From: a virus
Lineage: Duplodnaviria; Caudoviricetes
Direction: 5' to 3' (one strand)
IMG/VR virus record: IMGVR_UViG_3300036444_000012
Coordinates: 1 to 50,793 of that record
Length of the DNA stretch: 50,793 nt
Positions 26,980-34,431 of this stretch are shown here, piece by piece; position 1 is the stretch's first letter; each line of letters begins with the position of its first letter. The notes below the pieces were generated by a model. The model was not told the origin of the DNA. It did not search any database and saw only the letters and a list, made by a program, of their open reading frames with translations. A program made the position numbers and the translations under genes.

Positions 26980-28722
26980 TCATGTGCCGTGCCCGCCATA
27001 ACCTTCGGGATAGCCGTCGGGCGAGCGGGTCGGCACGTCATGGAGACGAACTCTATAAACCGTTCCCCGATCATCGCGCCACGCATATTTGCGCTTCATG
27101 ATCCGGCCAAAGCGCTGGATTTTGATTAGGTTCGCGTGCTGTTTCCCACCTGCCTGGTCCTCGCCATGGCGTACGTATGCCTCATAGAGCGTGTTGCCGC
27201 GCACCTCTCCCGCTTCATCCGCGGTCACGCAATCGCGGCAAAACTGCGCCGTCGGGTCCATCTCGAAGCGCATCTCGGCCGTGGCGGCCGTCACGTTATC
27301 GGGTATCTCCAGGCCCTTGCGGAGATAGATCAGAGCGCCCTCGACGAGCCAGTTGAGGATGCCCGGATATTCCGGAAGAAACCGCGCTACCATTTCATCG
27401 AAAGGCAGGCGGGCAGCCTCGGGCACCTGGACAGGCCAGTGCACCACAGCCATGCGTCGCCAGATACCCTCATCCGTGCCATTGATGCGCGGAAAGCCGT
27501 TGCCGGACATGTGGGCGGTGAACAGCGGCTCAAAGTCGAAGTAGCCCAGGAAGAGGTCGCGCGCACTCAAAGCCTCCCCACCGGTCGCTTCCTTGACGAA
27601 GTTTTCGCGCAGTTCCTCGCCTTCCGGCAGCTCCTTCACGCGCAGAAACCGTCTGCCATACAATCGGGCGATATCCGGCGTGGCAGCGCCACCTGCCGCC
27701 CCTTCACCGATAAAGGAGGATGCCGGCAGCGTGACAGCAGCTTCGCCGAGTAGCCGGCACATGGTTTCCATGTATACCGACTTGCCATTCGCGCCGGCGC
27801 CATAGTGGAAGAACAGCTTCTGGACGGTGAGGCCGAGCAGGCCAATCCCTGATGCGACCTGCACCATGGTTCGGACTTCCTCGATCGGCAGCATCTGGTT
27901 CATGAAAGCCCGCCACTGCGGGCAGTCCGCATCAGGGTCGTAGTCGACAGGGACGATCTGGGTGATGAGATCCTCGCGGCGATGCCCCTTCGTCACCTCC
28001 ACCCTTGCGTCAGTCACCTCGATCTCGCGCTCGTTGTCGGCGTCACCAGGATAGATCACTTCATCCCGCGTGAACTTGGTGAAGGCGAGCGTGTGCCCGT
28101 TGACGGCGACCTTTAGCTTGTCGGCATTGAAGTCGTCGGGCGCCCGCATGACATGCGGTCCGACACAGGCGATCATCGCCTCCATCCTGCCTTTGTTCTT
28201 CGAAGTGACCGAGTGCTTCAGCCTGGCCGATTTGCGTTTGTAGATGCGATCGTGGATCGCTTCCGCCAAATCGATCGTCTTCTTATCACCAGCCGACCAG
28301 TCGGCCTCTGGCTTTTCCTCAATCCGCTCGGCCGCCTCGAGCACCTTGGCTTCATTTTCCGTCGGGCCGATATGGTCGACCTCCATGGCAATGCGCGCGC
28401 CTACGCGCTGCGCCAATGCCAATGTCCTGGGCCCGCCAGTGTCGGCGTCCCAATTGCGGCCGGTCCATACCGCCCAGAGTGGAGCGCGCGCCTTCGTCTG
28501 CGTCACGACCAGCAGATCCCGGCCGAAGTGTCCGATCAATCGCGCAGCATTGTCGGTGTCAGAGTGATCCAGCGATGCACACCATTTGATCAGGTCTACA
28601 TCGGGGGTTGCGGGGTCGAGCGCCATCGCTGGCGCATCAGGATCAAAAGCGACAAGCGGGTTGTTCGTCGGTTTATCTACCGGCACAGCTGCGGCGCTAT
28701 CACCTCTTGCAATCTTCGCCAC
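26980..28722 (-). CDS. P4-family/D5-like SF3 helicase (phage/plasmid primase, P4 family)
   Basis: SDTDNAARL, CPQWRAFM, HYGAGANGKS (Walker A), GIWRR. Confidence 0.92.
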   Translation of the reverse strand: MAKIARGDSAAAVPVDKPTNNPLVAFDPDAPAMALDPATPDVDLIKWCASLDHSDTDNAARLIGHFGRDLLVVTQTKARAPLWAVWTGRNWDADTGGPRTLALAQRVGARIAMEVDHIGPTENEAKVLEAAERIEEKPEADWSAGDKKTIDLAEAIHDRIYKRKSARLKHSVTSKNKGRMEAMIACVGPHVMRAPDDFNADKLKVAVNGHTLAFTKFTRDEVIYPGDADNEREIEVTDARVEVTKGHRREDLITQIVPVDYDPDADCPQWRAFMNQMLPIEEVRTMVQVASGIGLLGLTVQKLFFHYGAGANGKSVYMETMCRLLGEAAVTLPASSFIGEGAAGGAATPDIARLYGRRFLRVKELPEGEELRENFVKEATGGEALSARDLFLGYFDFEPLFTAHMSGNGFPRINGTDEGIWRRMAVVHWPVQVPEAARLPFDEMVARFLPEYPGILNWLVEGALIYLRKGLEIPDNVTAATAEMRFEMDPTAQFCRDCVTADEAGEVRGNTLYEAYVRHGEDQAGGKQHANLIKIQRFGRIMKRKYAWRDDRGTVYRVRLHDVPTRSPDGYPEGYGGHGT

Positions 28723-28730
28723 GTTGGCCC

Positions 28731-29975
28731 CTAGTCTCTATCGCTGTTGTCGTTGCCGAACAGGATGTTGAAATCCATGCCGGGCGGCGCCCAAACCACC
28801 GGAATGAGCCTGCCCGGCCGAGCATGCCGTGCCCTGGCTCGAACCATGGCCGCGGCCGTCATCACCCGTTCCGAATCTCCATCGCCGAGCAGCACCAGCT
28901 CTTCGACCTGGTTAGCGACCCACATGGCATCATCCGGTGATTGGTCTGCCTTCGGCACCGAACCGGCGATCATCACCGGCCGCTCCACCCCGTTCTTGTC
29001 GCGTTTCTTCAGGTCGGGATGCGGGAAGCGGGACGATGCCTCGGCCGGGCCGGACAGATTTCCGAGATCGCCGGCCGCGCAATAAAAGGTGTCGGCTCGA
29101 AGGCCGTCATATTTGGCGAAGGCCAGTGTGTTCTCGATACCCTCGCCGGCCACCCACCGTAATGCTGACGGATCGCCAAGAAGCGGCAGCAATCCGCCCT
29201 TCTTGGATCCTCTCATCTTCTTGGTCGTCAGGATCTCTCCCGTTTCGTTGTCGACGATCAGTGGCCGGAACTTCGGCCTCCGCTCGAGATCGATCCAGGT
29301 GATGTGGCAGCCAATGACGGCCATCGTGGCGTCGACGTAGGGCACAACCATCGCCGGCCCCGTGTGCAGCGAGATCGGATCGCCGCGCTCGTCCTGGCCG
29401 TGCCAATAGGTCTGATTGGGCGAATAGCGCAGCCAGCGGCCCTGGTAGATGCCGCATCCGCGATCGGCGAGATACCGGTGCACGGGGCCGCCGACCATGC
29501 CTTGCAAGGGTAGCGCGGCCGAAACGATGCCGCGCGATTTCCTGCGTTCGGCCTCGCGGAAGTCAAAGACCTGCTTTTCTCGCTTCTCCTTGTCTGCCTC
29601 GGCCGCCCGCTGGCGAGCGGCTTTGCGTTCCTGCCGCGCGAGGCGATCCTCGTCACTCTCCTGAGCTCCGCCTGCAGGAATCTCCTTGCCGAGAACAAGC
29701 GAACAGGCCTCCAGCAACCCATCCTGATTCTTCAGGTCGAGATCCTCGCAATGCGCGACCATGCCGATCGCGTCGTGACCACCGGCACCGCAACCACGGC
29801 AAACCCAAACATTGCTTTTTGTGTTGAAGGAAAATCGGTCAACGCCGCCGCTTTGTGGACAGGGTTGCGGGTGCTCATAACCGCGCGGTTTGAATTTTAG
29901 GTCAATGCGCTTCGCCGCTTCCTCGATCGAAACACCGCGGGCCTCTTCCACGAACTCCTTGATCGCTTCGCTCAT
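28731..29975 (-). CDS. P4-alpha-type zinc-binding/Toprim primase
   Basis: PCPQSGG.DRF...CRGC; GEGIEN; LLGDGD; GMDFN. Confidence 0.88.
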   Translation of the reverse strand: MSEAIKEFVEEARGVSIEEAAKRIDLKFKPRGYEHPQPCPQSGGVDRFSFNTKSNVWVCRGCGAGGHDAIGMVAHCEDLDLKNQDGLLEACSLVLGKEIPAGGAQESDEDRLARQERKAARQRAAEADKEKREKQVFDFREAERRKSRGIVSAALPLQGMVGGPVHRYLADRGCGIYQGRWLRYSPNQTYWHGQDERGDPISLHTGPAMVVPYVDATMAVIGCHITWIDLERRPKFRPLIVDNETGEILTTKKMRGSKKGGLLPLLGDPSALRWVAGEGIENTLAFAKYDGLRADTFYCAAGDLGNLSGPAEASSRFPHPDLKKRDKNGVERPVMIAGSVPKADQSPDDAMWVANQVEELVLLGDGDSERVMTAAAMVRARARHARPGRLIPVVWAPPGMDFNILFGNDNSDRD

Positions 29976-30445
29976 GCGGGCACCACATCGAGGATGTGCA
30001 GGCCACCCTTCGTCAATCCCGAGTATGACCATCCGGCTTTGTAAAAGCAGAACCCCCAAACAGGCTTCCCCCGGACCATCGTCGGCTGGACCTTTCGAGG
30101 ATCAACGAACGTGAAGAGCCGCTCGCCGGGAAAACGTGACCAAGCGACATCCATTGCCTTGCCTAACATGACGCTGGCGAGGTCACCGCTCTCTCTGCGA
30201 TAGATCGCGCATTCGACCCCGAGTTGCCCGTCCGCCCTGTGTTTTTCCTTGCGCCAAACGCACAAGGCTCCGGCGTCGCGGGTTAGGAGGAGCAGCTTAA
30301 AGCCAGGACCAACGATCAGCTCATTGACGCGCCCTCCGACGCGTCGGCGATAGCTGTAGTGCCTCCTAAAGAGATCGCGCGCAGTTGCGTTGCCGTCCAG
30401 AACCTCATTCCAATCTTCACCGAAGAGAAAAGGCTGGCCGTTCAT
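29972..30445 (-). CDS. Mom/GNAT-like domain (157 aa; ancestrally probably a separate ORF)
   Basis: Internal Met MNGQPFLF; LFRRHYS; LFTFVDP...GFCFYKAGW resembles the Mom-family YAD...G..Y.A.W pattern. Confidence 0.5.
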   Translation of the reverse strand: MNGQPFLFGEDWNEVLDGNATARDLFRRHYSYRRRVGGRVNELIVGPGFKLLLLTRDAGALCVWRKEKHRADGQLGVECAIYRRESGDLASVMLGKAMDVAWSRFPGERLFTFVDPRKVQPTMVRGKPVWGFCFYKAGWSYSGLTKGGLHILDVVPA

Positions 30446-32677
30446 TATGAGCCGAGGCCGTCTTGCGGGTAACCGAATTGCCGATCTTGTGGCGCGCTGC
30501 TCGGTCTCCGACAGCGGCTTGCCCCTGAAGATCGGATCGAGCACGTACCACTCCGGGAAACCCTGGGCTCGGGCTAACTCGCGCGGCTTGAGCATGCGCA
30601 TACCGATATCGACGATGATGTAGACGACGCCGCGGATCGTCACTGTGACAATCTCGCCGCCATCCCAGCACCCGAACTCGCGCAGGAACTCTGCGACCTG
30701 ACGGGCGCGACGCCACTGCGCCTCGGTCAGCGGCGGATGAGAAAGGTCGACATGGGTGAGGCCAAAGCGCGCCTTCGTCGGTACGGCCAGCATTGGATTG
30801 TCGACGGGAGCGTCCTGCCCGCCACTGGAATAGTACGCCGTGACAAGCGGCACGGTGACGACGCCAGTGTGATTGCCGCCTGCGGTCGGCGGCGGCGCGG
30901 GCACGCGAAGGTCACCACCGTTGCCAGCGTTGGTGCCGTAGAACTGTGTCAGATGCGCCGTCACGACCTGCTGTTGGGAGCCCTCATGCATGATCGTGGC
31001 GATCGGCTTGTCGACCGGTCGACCGATCGGCCCGCGGGCGCCGCCATTGTGCTGCGCAAGGTAAACCGCAGCTAAGCTGCCGCCGTTGCCGTCAGGTACG
31101 GGCGTCGGCATCGGTCGGTCGATTGGTAGCGATCGCGGCTCCTGGCCTTCCCGCTCGCCATAGCGCGGAACGAGGTAAGGCACGACAACTTGGTTCTGGT
31201 CACCATCTGACGCGGCGATGGTATGGATAGGCTCCGTGGCAGGGCGGTTACCGCCGCCGTGCTGGCCGCGAGAGACGAATGGCGCGAGCGCCGCAGCCGC
31301 AACTGTCTGCTGCGGCGATGTGGTCAGGCCCCCGAGCGGCTCCATGACCGATCGACCGGCCCGGTAGAATTCAGAGCCATCCTGTTTCAAGTCGCCGTTC
31401 TGCTGGGCAACGAAAGGCGCCATGGCGGTCTGCACCAAGCCGACAGGTGAGGCGCCGCCGGGACGCTTGATAAAGCTGTTCGCCGTTGCGGTCGGCGCTG
31501 GCTCGGTTACAGGCCGACCGACGCTATTCCCCCGGAAGATCGCGACGTGCGGCACGACAAGCCCGTGAGCGTCGCGAGATCTGGTAACGGTGCGCAGCGG
31601 CTCGTCGAGCGACTGACCGCGAAAGCCGTCTCCCTCATGATTCATAGTAGCGATGTAGGCATCGTCGCCGGCGTCGATGACGTGGCGCTTCACGCCTTTG
31701 GCCAGCCGGGCATGCGACTTCCGCGCCAGCGGTCGCACCACGCGCTTGCCGGTACGCTTTGTGTATTCCCGCCCTTCCTCCCGGGTCATGAAGATCGACG
31801 GGCAGTCGTCTTCGAAGTCGAGGATGTCGGCCGCGACCGGCCACGGCTGCAGCAGTCCGTCGCGCACAGCATCCGACTTCGGATCGCCATGCGTCGGCTC
31901 CGGGAACTGCACTTCCTCGCCGTCGCGTCGGAACACGAGGTAGAGCCGGTTGCGAATGGTCGGATCGCCTTGCGTGCAACTCTTTTCCTCGTGCCAGCCG
32001 GCCGAATAACCGAAGGCGCAAACCGCCTTGACGAACCGATGGAAGATTTCGCCGATGCGCGACAGGTCGCGCTGGTAGCCCTTGCCGTCGGCAGCGGGGA
32101 TCAGCGGCGACCACTTCGAGAATGCAGGCACGTTTTCAAGGCAGATCAGCCAGGGTAATTGCCAAGGGTCCAGTTCCTTAAGCCACTTCACCAGCACCCA
32201 CGCGAGGTCGCGCACAGATCGCGAGGTGATCGGACCACCCTTGGCCGGCGAGTGGTCACGGCAATCGGGCGAAAGCCACAGCAGTCCGAAATAGTCGTCG
32301 CCGATCAGCTCCTTCATCCGGACTTTCCACACATTGTGCGGAAGATGGATCGTCTCGCGATGGTTCTCACCATGCATCGCCAGCGCCGCCTCGTCGTGGT
32401 TGACGGCATAGGTCGGGGCCATAGGGTGGCCGAGCGGCAGCAGGCCCATCGCTTCGAGAATCTTGAGTGCCAGTTCTATTCCGAGACTGGCTCCGCCGCC
32501 GCCGGCAAAGCCGTCAGCGATCTTCACCTTTCGAGGGCCGTTCTTTGGTGGCGGTGCTACCGGCACTTTAATCCGCGGGCCGCGCATGCGCCCACGGGAA
32601 GGCAGGCACGGAAACTGCGACACCGCATCGCTAGTGGCGGCTTGGCCGAACAGATCGTGTGATGGAATAGCGTTCAC
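29972..32677 (-). CDS. C5-cytosine DNA methyltransferase read in frame into a Mom/GNAT-like domain; motif X out of frame
   Basis: DGFAGGGG, SPDC, ENV, RNRLY, RELARAQGFP; KIGNSV is in the -1 frame near 30490-30470. Confidence 0.85.
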   Translation of the reverse strand: MNAIPSHDLFGQAATSDAVSQFPCLPSRGRMRGPRIKVPVAPPPKNGPRKVKIADGFAGGGGASLGIELALKILEAMGLLPLGHPMAPTYAVNHDEAALAMHGENHRETIHLPHNVWKVRMKELIGDDYFGLLWLSPDCRDHSPAKGGPITSRSVRDLAWVLVKWLKELDPWQLPWLICLENVPAFSKWSPLIPAADGKGYQRDLSRIGEIFHRFVKAVCAFGYSAGWHEEKSCTQGDPTIRNRLYLVFRRDGEEVQFPEPTHGDPKSDAVRDGLLQPWPVAADILDFEDDCPSIFMTREEGREYTKRTGKRVVRPLARKSHARLAKGVKRHVIDAGDDAYIATMNHEGDGFRGQSLDEPLRTVTRSRDAHGLVVPHVAIFRGNSVGRPVTEPAPTATANSFIKRPGGASPVGLVQTAMAPFVAQQNGDLKQDGSEFYRAGRSVMEPLGGLTTSPQQTVAAAALAPFVSRGQHGGGNRPATEPIHTIAASDGDQNQVVVPYLVPRYGEREGQEPRSLPIDRPMPTPVPDGNGGSLAAVYLAQHNGGARGPIGRPVDKPIATIMHEGSQQQVVTAHLTQFYGTNAGNGGDLRVPAPPPTAGGNHTGVVTVPLVTAYYSSGGQDAPVDNPMLAVPTKARFGLTHVDLSHPPLTEAQWRRARQVAEFLREFGCWDGGEIVTVTIRGVVYIIVDIGMRMLKPRELARAQGFPEWYVLDPIFRGKPLSETEQRATRSAIRLPARRPRLIMNGQPFLFGEDWNEVLDGNATARDLFRRHYSYRRRVGGRVNELIVGPGFKLLLLTRDAGALCVWRKEKHRADGQLGVECAIYRRESGDLASVMLGKAMDVAWSRFPGERLFTFVDPRKVQPTMVRGKPVWGFCFYKAGWSYSGLTKGGLHILDVVPA

Positions 32678-32907
32678 GCCTCGCCCCCTGCCGGTTCCTT
32701 CCCTCTGTAGGGGCGAACAGTCGCAATCAGTTCGCGCCGCTTCGAGGCCGAAAAACCCGAATGAATGGCGACCTCGACAGAAGTGAGCCCCATTTCCTCA
32801 AGCAGAAGGATGCCTTCCACCTGCATGGCCTTCGGAAGCTGGCGGATCGCATCGGAAGTAACCGACCCCGGCATGCCGAAGCCCGGTCGCGAAGTCGTGC
32901 CGGTCAT
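32674..32907 (-). CDS. Small hypothetical protein, possible HTH
   Basis: Coupled overlaps at both ends; EEMGLTSVEVAIHSG. Confidence 0.7.
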   Translation of the reverse strand: MTGTTSRPGFGMPGSVTSDAIRQLPKAMQVEGILLLEEMGLTSVEVAIHSGFSASKRRELIATVRPYRGKEPAGGEA

Positions 32908-33179
32908 GACCGCGCCTCCAGATATGTGAGGCGGGTCGGCTCAATCGCGATGATGCCGGCCGTACCGAACAGGAATTCGTTGCGCCCGATGATCGTCCTG
33001 TCGCCGCTGTCTTCCTTCCTCCAGACGAGCTTGCTGCCGATCACGACGCCTGCCTCGCGCAGTTCCTGGTGAATGGCAGCCACGCTCGGATGCTTGCATT
33101 CAAAATCGATGACGTAAAAACGGCCGTCTGCGCCCAACTGCGCGGCCATTTGCAGGCGATAGATGTGGCGTTCAGACAT
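32904..33179 (-). CDS. Hypothetical protein
   Basis: Overlapping operon arrangement; RBS CAGGAA. Confidence 0.75.
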   Translation of the reverse strand: MSERHIYRLQMAAQLGADGRFYVIDFECKHPSVAAIHQELREAGVVIGSKLVWRKEDSGDRTIIGRNEFLFGTAGIIAIEPTRLTYLEARS

Positions 33180-33459
33180 GATCGCTGGTTCCTGTTTCAG
33201 TGCTCTTCCCGTGAAACATCGCCTCGCCTGCGGCCCTGTCCGGCGCCACGTAGAAGGCGCGGAAAGAGAGCTTCAGCCAGTCGCAGACGGCGATGACCTT
33301 GTGTGCAGCCACGTGCTGCCCGTTGCAGATGCGAGAGAGGTCGGTGGCGGTAACGCCGATCTCGTCGGCGCACACCCGCCAGCCTCGACCGTCGGCCTCG
33401 AGGCGCGCCCGCAGATGACGGCCCAACTCCAGATATTGATAGGCCGCGCGGTCACCCAT
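33172..33459 (-). CDS. XRE-type HTH protein
   Basis: CADEIGVTATDLSRICNG. Confidence 0.8.
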   Translation of the reverse strand: MGDRAAYQYLELGRHLRARLEADGRGWRVCADEIGVTATDLSRICNGQHVAAHKVIAVCDWLKLSFRAFYVAPDRAAGEAMFHGKSTETGTSDHV

Positions 33460-33703
33460 GGCCCTGTCCCTTCCTGAAAAAGAGTTCGGGCGCCTCGCCC
33501 ATCCATGTTGCCAGAGCGAAGAATTCATCCTCACCCGGATTGCGACCTCGGGCGGCCCGCTCGACCGCTTCGCGCGCGACGCCGGCTTCCTGGGCGACGA
33601 TGTGCGGCGTCAAACCGCGATGAATGCGCCGAGCCTCGAGAAACAGCGCGAAGACATCGAACTTGATATTGCCGGGATCGAAATTGACGTCTGCCGCAGT
33701 CAT
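33452..33703 (-). CDS. XRE-type HTH protein
   Basis: GLTPHIVAQEAGVAREAVERAARG. Confidence 0.8.
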   Translation of the reverse strand: MTAADVNFDPGNIKFDVFALFLEARRIHRGLTPHIVAQEAGVAREAVERAARGRNPGEDEFFALATWMGEAPELFFRKGQGHG

Positions 33704-34431
33704 AGCCGCACCAGCCGTTTGACTTGCCGAGGCTGGTCACCTTCGCGGTAATTCACCAGGACCGGCGGTACGTAGATCAGCTTGCGGTCGGCACGATCAG
33801 GGCCGCAGGCTTGGTGTCGCACATGTCCGGCGCGCAGGTGCACGGGCATATGCCGACCCGTCGAACCAGAGACCGCTCGGCCGCGCCGATCGAAGATCGT
33901 GCCAATCCGGATGACGGTGTGCGACGGGATTGCTACACGTCCGCGCTTGATACGCTGGGCATTGAGCGCGGCAGGATCGATAACTTGCTTGTCGATGCCG
34001 GCGGTATTGAGCATCAACAGTGCCACTGTCACCGCAAGGATAATGGCTCCGCCTTCTTCCGCATCGCGATATCGGGTGATCGAGATGCCGTTCAGTTCAT
34101 GTAGGGAAACAACGGCACGGCTTTCAGAGACATCGGCGAGACGCTCGCGATAGAGCGCAGCGCAGTAAGCCCGAATGCGGTCGCCAGCTTCATCCAGCAG
34201 AACGAAGCGGCGCACATTCTCCTCAACGGAGAACTCAACCAGCAGCGGCGCATAGGGAAGCCGAGCAATCCCAGCTTCCACCATGGCGAGGACAGAATCT
34301 TGCACGTCACGTCGATCCATGATCCCGACGATCTCGCGCGATATCGAATAGCAGGGAGCCTGCTGCATAGCGGCGACCAAAGGGTCGCCCTCGCAAAGCT
34401 CGGCCAGCACGTGCAGCTTGGTCGCGATCAT
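33700..34431 (-). CDS. Conserved-looking phage protein of unknown function
   Basis: ATGA overlaps; C-terminal PVHLRAGHVRHQACG...KLIYVPPVLVN. Confidence 0.8.
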   Translation of the reverse strand: MIATKLHVLAELCEGDPLVAAMQQAPCYSISREIVGIMDRRDVQDSVLAMVEAGIARLPYAPLLVEFSVEENVRRFVLLDEAGDRIRAYCAALYRERLADVSESRAVVSLHELNGISITRYRDAEEGGAIILAVTVALLMLNTAGIDKQVIDPAALNAQRIKRGRVAIPSHTVIRIGTIFDRRGRAVSGSTGRHMPVHLRAGHVRHQACGPDRADRKLIYVPPVLVNYREGDQPRQVKRLVRL

